Of a stretch of DNA of 64,000 bases, positions 1-10,124 are shown one piece after another; position 1 is the first letter of the stretch, and the number at the start of each line of letters is the position of its first letter. Below the pieces are notes generated by a model that was not told the origin of the DNA, did no database searches, and saw nothing but the letters and a program-made list of their open reading frames with translations. Made by a program: the position numbers and the translations under genes. Source of the stretch: Gnetum montanum (lineage: Eukaryota > Plantae > Gnetophyta); assembly GCA_015680685.1 (NCBI GenBank), contig MNCI01002555.1, positions 504,356 to 568,355 on the forward strand, in the 5' to 3' direction.

Positions 1-120
1 TTGTACAATTTGGATTCAAGATTGTATGTAACCACCTAAAAAGAGGTTAGGCTTTTACTCATCCACTAGCTTTTTTGGGACAATGCTATTTTGGGATGAG
101 CATTGAGCCTTTGTATCATG
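1..120 (+). mobile_element. SINE family 2, partial copy cut by the window edge
   Basis: Similar to 9610-9730 (aagaggttaggcttttactcatc...gggatgagcattg). Confidence 0.55.
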
Positions 121-197
121 ACTATTAGTTATGCTTTAGGCATTACCATACTTTGCTCAAGTTAACATTTACTTGTTAGCCTAGTGCTAAGCATTTT

Positions 198-337
198 GGG
201 GGGTGTTGGGACTTGAAATAATTGTAATATATATACACCCCAAGATATATGGCTCAATTAGAACTATATAACTCATAATTTTCTACCAGAACTAAACCCA
301 TGACTTGGAGTTTTCAAATCAAGAGTTGTACCTAGTA
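198..337 (-). mobile_element. tRNA-derived SINE family 1 copy
   Basis: Aligns with 2399-2534, and in reverse with 1120-1225 and 3267-3411; minus-strand 3' end reads GTCCCAACACCCCCC. Confidence 0.7.
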
Positions 338-1119
338 CTAAAAAATTATTTATTTATTCAGGAGGGAAAAGACTTGTGTTGGAACCAAAAATAATAATAA
401 TCAACCAATAAAACTTAGAGTATACCACAAACTTAACAAAGTATACATTATCAGAAAAAATATATGGAAAGAAAAAATTTTCTCATGTTAGGATTATCTA
501 CTCAGGTGTACAACCTTACAATTAATACTTTAAAAAAGGATTAAAAAAATTAATTATTAGAAGGGAGAAAGGTCCCAATCCTAACAAAACTTACATCAAT
601 TTTCAATATCCATGTTGAACTTAAAATAGCAAAAGAATTCAAGATAGAGAGTTGTGGCTTAGTATCAATATTCATTTCAAAGTAAGAAAGTGATACTACA
701 CGTGAAATATTTTCATCTCATCCCTTGTTATTATTCATTTGTCAAGAGTCATTATCATCAATTATAATCTGCTAGTTGACTCTAATTTTAATCTTTAAGT
801 TAAGACTAGTTTTGTTAGATATGGTAAGATTTATCCTATGAGCTTTCTATTCAGGTTGCTTAATACTTTCTCTAGTACTAGTAAAACTACACATAGAAGC
901 TTCTATCTTCTCTAGATTATTTATTGCTATTTAATCACTTTTATCATTGATATTAACTTGATTTTTCACATTGCAAGCTTCATTTTATTTTTTTCTGTCT
1001 TCAACATCAGCACATTTGTTTTTCTTTAGAATCTTTTTTTCTTGAGAAAAATGGATAAGAATTTAAAAAATATCCTTCATGATGGAAAAAGTTGTAAGAA
1101 TTAGGAAGATTATAATATG

Positions 1120-1225
1120 TATTAGAGTTAACAATTTTAATTTGGAAGCTCTAAGTTATAGGTTTGATTCTAATAGAAAATGTTAACTTATAACATTCTA
1201 ATTCGACTATATGTCTTTGGGGTTA
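1120..1225 (+). mobile_element. SINE family 1, decayed copy running into (CA)n
   Basis: atttggaagctctaagttataggtttgattcta...ttctaattcgactatatgtctttggggt matches the family. Confidence 0.6.
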
Positions 1226-1228
1226 ATA

Positions 1229-1229
<1 letters not shown>

Positions 1230-1273
<44 letters not shown>
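1230..1273. repeat. (CA)n microsatellite, about 21-22 units
   Basis: Directly visible. Confidence 0.97.
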
Positions 1274-1277
<4 letters not shown>

Positions 1278-1635
1278 TGCTCAAGTTTTATTAAAATATT
1301 ATATTAGCATTCAACTCTATTGATTAGAATATGCAACTTGGGGTTTGTAAGTTATAATACTTTTTGTTATGGGTTAAATCCTAATGGATAATACTAAGTT
1401 ATAAATGTTTTTACTTAAATTTTATGTTGCTTGTATGTATTGAAGGTAAAAAAGCTTAAAAATTCTACCCTTCTAAGTAAATTTACCCTAAAGAATAAGT
1501 CTTCTTGAAATTTTTTATAGCAAAAGAAGGACATTTTTGAAAACTCACCATTATTAGTGAAGGGTATTAATGTTTTTACTATGGTATGAGAAGGGTAAAA
1601 TAACAACAATAATAATTAACATACATTAATGAAAT

Positions 1636-1794
1636 CATCATTATCATCATCCTAGTCTCATCATAACAAAATGTGATTGACTACATGAAAAAGAACTCAT
1701 CCATAAGATTTAACAAGGTTTTACAGTTGGATGCTAATGTGACGCTAACCCTTCTCCTTTCGTATCCAAACTTGGGACTAGAATTAGTTGATTT
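1636..1794 (-). mobile_element. Non-autonomous RTE-derived mini-element (RTE 5' UTR joined to an RTE 3' tail with (GAT)n)
   Basis: 15-bp TSD ATACATTAATG(A/C)AAT at 1621-1635 and 1795-1809. Minus strand reads AGTCCCAAGTTTGGATACGAAAGGAGAAGGGTTAGCGTC...GCATCCAACTGTAAAA, then CATGTAGTCAATCAC...GATGATGATAATGATGAT. Confidence 0.65.
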
Positions 1795-2398
1795 ATACAT
1801 TAATGCAATGTTATGTTGATATGTATGCTTATAAAATTTAGTTCATGATGCTAATCATGTTACCACTAACATTTGGGGTATGGTACTAATATAAAGAAAA
1901 ATTGTATTGATGTGTGTATCATATGATAATAATAGTAATGGTCAAGAATTTTTATTATTGATTTAATTATTGATTTTGTAGTAATTTTTTGAAGTACTTT
2001 TAGCATTACAACCTTGTTATTTATAATTTTGACATAAAGATAATGTCAAATGCATACACTTATTTATAATATACATAAAGTGTATCTTGTATAAGAGGTT
2101 TATTCCTACTTTGCTTAACCTACCTTGATAATTTCTTATATAATTTGCTAAGCTAGCCACCTTCATTCCAAGCCTATATTGAGTGCATTATAGATGTTTT
2201 ACTCAACTACCTATAGCCTATAGAATACAACAAATTATAGTGACAAAAAAAAAACAAAGTGTCAATAGTTTTTATTTACAATTATGAATTTTCTAGTATT
2301 TTGCTACTATTCCTTTTATTTTTTTACATTTCGTGGTATCCTTCATTACAACTTTGTATTTTTCTTTTGAAAAATTATTAATTATTTTTTTATGGATA

Positions 2399-2534
2399 GG
2401 AGGTGTTGGAACCTGTAGTAAGTAAAACATTAGTACACCCCAAGATATAGTCTAATTAGAACTTTATAATTAAGCATTATCCACTAGAATTGAACCCATA
2501 ATTTGGAGCTTCCAAATCAAGAGTTTTACCACTA
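2399..2534 (-). mobile_element. tRNA-derived SINE family 1 copy
   Basis: Minus strand has A-box-like TAGTGGTAA and B-box GGTTCAATTC (2496-2487); 3' end GGTTCCAACACCTCC. Confidence 0.75.
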
Positions 2535-2569
2535 ATTTGTAAGAACTTTTAACCAAGCATCAATAAAGT

Positions 2570-2900
2570 CATTATTGGTGATTAGCTTGCTTTGGAAATA
2601 TCTTTGACCATTTTTTTTGTACTCTATTTGGAAGCTTCAGTGTGTAGTTATTTTCCAGTAGCAAGAGCATAACTATGATCTCTCTTTAGGAGTCAAATAT
2701 CAAATTCTCAAAGATGTTTCTTTTCAACCACAACTTTAGGTAATAAAAACTCCCAATGAAAGATCAAAAATTAATTTATTTTTAATAGTATTAATATCTT
2801 TTTATTTTGGAGGCTCAAGGATGAGAAGCTTTCCAATTTTTTTATTTTTTATTTTTTATTTTTGATTGATGTTTTTAGAGAAAGTTCCTCCTTCTCTTTG
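2570..2900 (+). pseudogene. Decayed 3' fragment of an L1-type LINE ORF2
   Basis: Encodes IWKLQCVVIFQ, resembling IWKFRCNVVFQ near the C-terminus of the full-length LINE. Boundaries approximate. Confidence 0.35.
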
Positions 2901-3266
2901 CAAAAAATACTTTAATAAGAAATAAAAACCTATGAGGATGCTCTTGAATAAAGGCAAGACCAAATCCTTTTCCTACCACAGATAACAAGTTTTTCAAGAT
3001 TAGTTGTAAAGATGAAAATTTAAAAAGGCATTCCCAAAATCATTAGACTTTTTCTTTGATGATTTGATGTACTCTAAATTTTTTTAATATTATTCATTGT
3101 TAGCCCATCATAGATGAAATAAAGATAAATGATGATTGTGATTATTTGTTTTTTTTTCACCTATTTCTTTATGCAGTGGGTTTCATTTGTAAGAGGACTC
3201 TTTTATACGTCTTTTCTAGAGAGTCTATGGATGTAATAAAATTTTAGTTTAATAGTAAGATATTAA

Positions 3267-3411
3267 CCTAGTGGTAAGACTCTTGATTTGGAAGGTTTGG
3301 TTATAGGATGATGGTAGATAATACTAAGTTATAGTGTTCTAAATTGATTATATATCTTTAGGATAAATATTGTTAAAGAAATAAAGTTTTAGGTTCTAAC
3401 ATTTGCTCTCC
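3267..3411 (+). mobile_element. SINE family 1 copy
   Basis: cctagtggtaagactcttgatttggaag...aggttctaaca, the reverse complement of the 2399-2534 copy. Confidence 0.65.
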
Positions 3412-3921
3412 AAATAAAATTTTAGTTTCAATTACACAACAAAGCTCCTTTTAAGGATCTTTAATTAGCTTATCCAAATTTTAGTTTATTATACTTTCTT
3501 TACTTTGAAGACTAAAAAAATATATTCATTACTTAATTCATGCCTTCAAATATAATTTTCATCTTTAGGTATCACTGCACTTTTCACTTTGCCTTAGAAG
3601 GAGGTCCTACATGATTAAAGGGTAAAGCTACAATTTTTCCTTCCAAAAGAAAAAAAATAGAAAAAGAAAAAGGAAGAAAAAAAAAAGAGTAATGGAGACC
3701 CTAAATTTTTATCTTTGTAGGTACATATAGTCGGGGGTGTCGGACCCCAAAAAATAAATTTAATTAATAGAGAAAAAAAGAAAATAGTACACAGGGATAA
3801 AAGAGAGGGTCAAAAAAGATGAAGAGGTCTCAAAGAAGGAGACACTAATAGCTAAAGGGAAAAAGCTCACCTCAAAAGAGGAGAAACTACAAGAAATTAG
3901 GAAAAATGGGAGAGAAAAAAT

Positions 3922-6900
3922 TCAAGAGCTCAACTGCAGCATTAGCTGTTGAACAATGTCCCCTTGAATAGACAAGGAGAGAATATTAGTAGGAGAATCA
4001 CGTTGAAAAACCACATTACAACGAAATTTCCAGATAGCATGGAGAATAAGGGGACGAAGGCGACACTAGATATAAATCAAAGAGCCTTGAAGATGCGGAG
4101 TGTCACCAAAAAGAATCTCATCCAAGCTTGGTCGAAAACCCTGTAAAAACCTGCCACACCAAATCCAAGAGCTATGAGCAAGGGGACAAGAAAAAAAACA
4201 GTGAGTAAATGCATCTTCCCTGTGACAAATAGGACATCGCGGGTCAAGAACCCCCAGATGAGAGCACCAAACACCCACATGAAGACCTTGGTGAATTAGA
4301 TACCACAGAAAATTTTGAATCTTTGAAGAAGTAGGAGTAGTCCAAATAGTCTGAATACATTGCTTCCAAACCTACACATTAAGATTAACTTGCCAAAGAT
4401 GGTTGAATCTAGGCCAAATATTAGTAGTGGAATTAATAAGAGACTAAACAATCTTAGAATGATAGGGAAAAACTTGATGACCAGAAATCCAAGAAAGATC
4501 TAAAAAACCACCAAGGGAGTCTTGAATAACAACACTTTTGTTCAAGCTATCCAAAATCGTACAAAAGGTAGACTTTTGAGCAGCATTAATACCATCAATA
4601 AGGTGACATTCAGTCCAAGTAATCCAATGATTATGAAGGCGAAGAGAGGAGAGGGAGGAGATGCCAAGCTTATCCCAAGTGCTACATAGATGAGGATGCT
4701 TAATGGCCCAAGGTTCATTGTGAATGGGCATCCACCAAGGAGAAAGCTTATCAAGTGTAGAGGAAGAAATAGTGATAGTGTTAAAGTTCCAAAACTGACT
4801 GAGATAACACCATGCCTTCCAAATGTGTTTGATGGCAACAGAACCAGAAATGGTAATACCAGTGGGAAAAAGAATCCAGTTAAGGAAATGAGTATTATTC
4901 CAATAATTACTACCTTTGGGCTTTCCAAGCTGTATGTGTTTAAGGAAAAGAAGCTTCCAAGGTTCAGAGCCAGATAAGCATTTGGCCATCCGTTTGGCAC
5001 ATAACACAATGCCTTGTTTGTAGCAATTAATGAGGCCCAAACCACCATCCTCTTTATGAGAAGTACAAACGTTCCAAGCAACTCGACAAAATCCTTTCTT
5101 AGTATGGCTGCTGTTCCAAAGAAAGTGTTTGACTAGTTGATCAATGCGACGATAAGCAGAGATGCTAGGAGCCCAACAAGAAGAGTAATACACATGGGTA
5201 GCTTGGAGAATATGCTTGCAGACAATAAATTTACCAGCCATAGAAAGCTTCTTTTCCTTCCACTTAATAAGCTTTTGTTCAAGTTTCTTCACAGTGACAT
5301 CCCATAATGTTTTGGATGATCCGCCAAAAGAAAAGGGAATGCCAAGAAGCTTAAAAACTTGATCCTTTCCTAAAAATTGCCAGGACTTAGACAATGCCCA
5401 GGCTTGAACCTCTTTGTTGCAAAAGATAGAAGATTTGAACCAATTAATCTAAGAGCCAGAGAGTCTACAATATTGATCAATGCGATAAAAAAGATGATTA
5501 GCAATAAGAGCATCATTTTTTATCATAAATAATGAGTCATCAGCAAAGTGCATATTCAATAAGGAAGGAACATTATGATCAATGAAAATACCTTGAAGCA
5601 AATTTTGTTCCTTATCCTTATGAATAACATGACATAAAAATTCCACAGCAAGAATGAAGAGGTAAGGAGCAAGAGGACAACCTTGCCTAACAGAGCGCTC
5701 AAGCTTGAAGCAATTAGTTAAGCCAGCGTTAGTAGCCACAAGGGCATTGGCGTCGGCAAAAAGAGTCTCCACCATTTTAATAAAATTAATGTGAAAACCA
5801 TATTTATGAAGGCAAGCAATAACAAATTTCCACTCAATTTTGTCATACGCTTTAGCATAATCAAGCTTAAGAAAAGCAATGTTTTGATTGGAGTCCTCGG
5901 CCCATTGCATACCTTCCCAAGCCGCAACAACATTATCAAGAATATACCTACCCTTAACAAAGCCTGTTTGCATTGGGGTAATGATCTGAGGGATAATTAG
6001 CTTCAGTCTATTAGCAAGACATTTAGCCAAAATCTTGTAAACAGAGTTAAGGAGAGTGATAGGACGCCAGTTACCAATCAATGAAGGATCACCTGTTTTA
6101 GGAATAAGACGGATGACACCTCTATTTAACTCAGGACCGAGAGACTGTTGATTTATGGCTTCTGCAAAAACATAAGAGAGGTCTGAACCCACAATATCCC
6201 AATGATTCTTAAAAAACTCAATGGGGATGCCATCAAAACCAGGGGCTTTATCATTGGCCAGGCTAAACACAGCAGCCTTGATTTCAGAAAGAGAGATATC
6301 TTGAGCGAGAAGATGATTGTGACTGCTATGGACAATACTAGGTAGGTGATCTGAGTTAGTAGCAAACTCATCCTGATCAAACCCATTGGAGACAAAGAGG
6401 CATTGAAAATGTTGTTCAAGAAAACCATTTATAACATGAGGATCGGAGGTAAGTTGGCCATTCACTTCCAAACGTTCTATAGTAGGGAAAGTACCTCTAC
6501 CCTTTTAAAATTTGAAGAACTCTTTACAGGGCTCTCCCTCAATTTTTAACCAGTTGAGACGACTCTTGATGAGAGCACTTCTAGCAGAGTACATATCCCA
6601 TTTTTGTTTAACTGAGCGAACATAAGTGAGCCGTTGTTGAAGAGCAACATTAAAAGGGTTATGTTGAAGTGCAGAGTTAAGTTGTTGCAATTCAGAACTA
6701 ACATTCGCCTCAATAGACCTACGTTTCTTAGCATATTGCTTTCCCAACCAGCGAGCAAAGTTGTGAATACGAGAAGTGGCACGCAACCACCAGTCAATCC
6801 AACCTAAATTGCCTAATGGCCTTCTCTCTGCATTCCAAATAGATGTTAAAATACCTTTACCAGAAGGAGTAAGAAATAAAGAGGCATTCATGTGAAAAAG

Positions 6901-7628
6901 TTGGCGATGTTGAGCTAAAGATTTAGAACCAAAGGTCAAAGTGAGAGAAATTGGAAAGTGGTCTGAGAGGGTAGCATCAAGGTGAACCTTAACATGACCA
7001 TCACAAAACCATAAGGAATAACTAGAGAAATAAAATCAATCAAGTTGCTCACAAATGCGATCAGCACCAATCCTAAGGTTGGACCAAGTGAACCAACCTT
7101 CACGATTCACGTTAGAGCTGGTAGCATCAGAGAGACAAAATTGCTCCTTAACATCACTCGAACTAGAAAGCTCGAGGCTGGTAAGTTGAGAAGAGGCTCC
7201 ACCAACTTTATCATAAGGATGTTTGATCATATTAAAATCACCTCCAAAGAGCCAAGGAATGTTAGGTAGACTGTGAAGGAGAGATTGCCAAACACTGGCC
7301 CTAGTGGTAGGAGTAGTGGGAGCATAAATATTACAAATGCCGAAAGGACCAGAAGCACCTTGAAGAGTAGCCCAAACAAAAGAGGTGTGACTACCATGAG
7401 AGAGAATTTTGTTAGATTAGGATTTATTGATAATAAGGGCTGCACCACCTAGACCAGTAATATGATTTGTGGAAAAAACAATAGAGTCAGGTAGGATGCT
7501 ATTTCCTGCAATAATTGCATCCAAAGTAGAAATTTTAACCTCTTGCATCGAGAGCGAATAAAAGCATCGACCACCCATGTTCAGAGGTGATTGGAGAGCC
7601 CCCAAACATTCCAAGAATAGACTAACAT
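3922..7628 (-). pseudogene. LINE ORF2 (APE endonuclease, reverse transcriptase, C-terminal zinc-binding region) with stops and frameshifts
   Basis: Starts MLVYSWNV(R>W)GL. RT motifs: KAPGFDG, WRPITLLN, KLDYAKAYD, RQGCPLAP, HFADD, LLGIP, GGLGL. C-terminal CPIC...HCFFSC. Confidence 0.92.
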
Positions 7629-8671
7629 CCAGAGAAGGGGGAGGAGGCCCCCGCCCTAGTTGCAGAGTTAACAATGTCTAAAGAAATCATTTCCTGGTTG
7701 TGATCAATGGCAGTAAAGGGATTGTGGGTGAGTAAGAGAGTTTGAGTGGATTGGTTGGACTGAAGTGTAACGTCGTTGGTAAAAGGCATACCCCGACATT
7801 TCCTACTGAGGGGAACTGTTTGAAATCCGTCATCATCAATAGGAGGGTTGTTAGAAGCCATAAAAACGTATGGGTGTTTTCCCTTAGCTAATGAAGAAGC
7901 ATGAGGAGGTGGCTTTTTGGTAACCTTACTTTGAGATCTAGGTGTGGGAGGAGCCTTGTTGCTAATAGAGGAAACCTTAGGATTAGTAGGGGAGGATTGC
8001 TGTGATCGTGCTTGTGCTGCCTTCTTTCGTAACATAAAGGGGCATGAGACAAACATATGACCCTCTTGGTGGCAGTAGTGACAAGAGTTGGGAAGGTTGT
8101 AATAGACCACCTTTTGCATATAGTTAATACCACCTACACACAAAATAAGTTCTCGTTTAAGAGAGTCTAAGTCCACTTCAATCATATATCGAGTCCTGCG
8201 AAGGCCACTAGGTGTACCTACGGATTCAGTGTATTTGATTAATCCAAGCCGAGACACAATATCCCTTTCAACTCTTTTGAAAATCAAGGGGAGATTCGGT
8301 AACTCTACAAAACAAGGGACTTTCCGAAATTCAGGAGAAGTTGGGTTGAGAGAAGGAGTCCACTTGCGAATAATCAATAAAGCATGACGATGGTAAAAGA
8401 CACTAATGCTAAGAGCTTCAGAGACCATCTCTGAGTTAATAAACTCAACAAGTAGAAAAGAATTAGATAAATAACGAACATGTGAAGCTATCAAACCACG
8501 ATCTTTCCAAACAGAGTTGACATGATGCAAAAAGCTAGAAGAGCGGGGAAGGTAGCCTAAAATTTGCACAAAGACATACCTACTAGAAATGTCGTGGGTG
8601 ATAGATTCGAAAAAATCATTAGGAAGCTCATAGAATGGCTTGGAAGAAGTGGAGCCACCATCTGGTGACAT
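7622..8671 (-). CDS. LINE ORF1 (DUF4283-like region plus CCHC zinc knuckle); probable ATG at 8671
   Basis: Open frame with LIIRKWTP, FVELPNLP, YYNLPNSCHYCHQEGHMFVSC; its stop overlaps the ORF2 ATG (ATGTTAG). Confidence 0.85.
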   Translation of the reverse strand: MSPDGGSTSSKPFYELPNDFFESITHDISSRYVFVQILGYLPRSSSFLHHVNSVWKDRGLIASHVRYLSNSFLLVEFINSEMVSEALSISVFYHRHALLIIRKWTPSLNPTSPEFRKVPCFVELPNLPLIFKRVERDIVSRLGLIKYTESVGTPSGLRRTRYMIEVDLDSLKRELILCVGGINYMQKVVYYNLPNSCHYCHQEGHMFVSCPFMLRKKAAQARSQQSSPTNPKVSSISNKAPPTPRSQSKVTKKPPPHASSLAKGKHPYVFMASNNPPIDDDGFQTVPLSRKCRGMPFTNDVTLQSNQSTQTLLLTHNPFTAIDHNQEMISLDIVNSATRAGASSPFSGC

Positions 8672-9565
8672 GGCAACCGAAGGAGCTGATCTAAAACAGG
8701 TAAGAGAGCCTTCTCGTCCATGATCACAAAATAGAATAGGTAGTAAGATCCAATCCGATCTCACAGGCAGCGAGATCTGCCCAAGATCTGCTAGGGCACC
8801 CTGATCCTATCCAATCCAATCTCCGTTCCTCGCTCTGCCTTCGTTTTAGACAAATGTTGTCCGAATCTGCAATTCTGAAAACCCTGTATCACAAGGAATT
8901 CACTATATCTGGAATTGCAATGCTGGGACGCAATTGTAGAGGTTGAGATATCGAGCAGCCGCGTATCAGCTATGAAAAAATAGAATCCCACCGCACAAAA
9001 TTGCAGGCGGAACAAAATTGTGAATAGCCAGCCTTTCACCGCACGCCGGGCTACTAATGCTGGCATTGTTCTCCCAAGCCCAGGCGCAGAACCAAGTGCA
9101 CGTCACTGCCACGAGGTCAAAAAATGGCAGAGAACGGGTCAAAATAACAGATCTTGTAGGTACATATAGTCATCTAAATTTTGATTCCAATCCCCTTTTA
9201 CCATAACTTCCATATCATACTTTTAGTTCCTATGGTTTCTTTTTCTTGCTACTTTATCTTTTATTTTATACAAAAAGCAAGTATATGGATGTGTGTTTAA
9301 CATACATCACCTTCTAAATAAGTCATCAACCATTGATAGGTGGCTCAAGTGGTTAGCTCATTACTCAATAATTCTTTTAATATAACATATTTGCTATATA
9401 TCGTTTTTCTATTATTTATAAGTTTGGAATTTATGGATTTCTTATTATGGAATTAATAACATTAATCTAAAAAATTGATAATTTAGTATAACTATGATAA
9501 AAAATTAATTATTAATCTAGTAGGTAGAAATCCTAAACATATACATAAATTTTTTTGATAACCTA

Positions 9566-9739
9566 AGGGACTATCGTTTGGAGTGATGATAAATGCCTAT
9601 TTCTCAAGTCAAAGACATGAGTTCAAGCCTAGGTGTAGCCACTCAAAGAGATTAGGCTTTGACTCATCTACCAATCCTTTCAAGATCCCACCTAGTGGGA
9701 TGAGCATTGTGGCTCTGGGTGATGATCCTAAGATATTTA
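9566..9739 (+). mobile_element. tRNA-derived SINE family 2 copy
   Basis: B-box-like GAGTTCAAGCC at ~9619; TSD TGATAACCTA at 9556-9565 and 9740-9749. Confidence 0.7.
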
Positions 9740-9951
9740 TGATAACCTAGTAGTATGGGTTTTGGCTTGGTTATATTAGGTCATAGGTTTAATTCTACTA
9801 AGTAGCATTAATTTATAAATTAAAAACAAAAAAATTCTATAAAAGGAAGCATAAAATTGATTCAATAATCTAAGGGATCTTAGTGAATGTACATATAATT
9901 AAAAGAAAGTACATGTATGAATAATGGCTAAAAACAAGATTAGTTATAAAA

Positions 9952-10124
9952 AAGAATCATTAGGTAAAAGCTTAATGCTCATCCTACTAGGGTAAGGTCT
10001 TATGAGGATAGTAGATGAAAAAAATTCTAATCTCTTTTGAGTGGCTCTACTAGGCTTAAACTCAAGTCTTAGGACTTGAGAAATAAGCACCTTACCATCA
10101 CTCCTAAGTAGGGGTCCCTTAAGG
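9952..10124 (-). mobile_element. SINE family 2 copy, inverted relative to 9566-9739
   Basis: Reverse-complement similarity; TSD TTAGTTATAAAA at 9940-9951 and 10125-10136. Confidence 0.7.

Larger units (their letters stand above)
3733..9153 (-). mobile_element. Full-length L1-clade LINE (5.4 kb), inactivated
   Basis: Perfect 18-bp TSD TTGTAGGTACATATAGTC at 3715-3732 and 9154-9171; ORF1 and ORF2 on the minus strand; GC-richer 5' UTR. Confidence 0.95.

Noticed and set aside
2399-2534. Possible tRNA gene (A and B boxes)
   Set aside because: No cloverleaf; multiple decayed copies share a non-tRNA tail, so it is a SINE.
3170-3625. AG/GT-bounded segments that might be host exons
   Set aside because: Short, contain stops, and have no recognisable product.
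4542-7448. Alternative-frame and opposite-strand ORFs over the LINE, and likewise over gag/pol
   Set aside because: Shadow ORFs of the real coding frames or frameshifted pieces of them.
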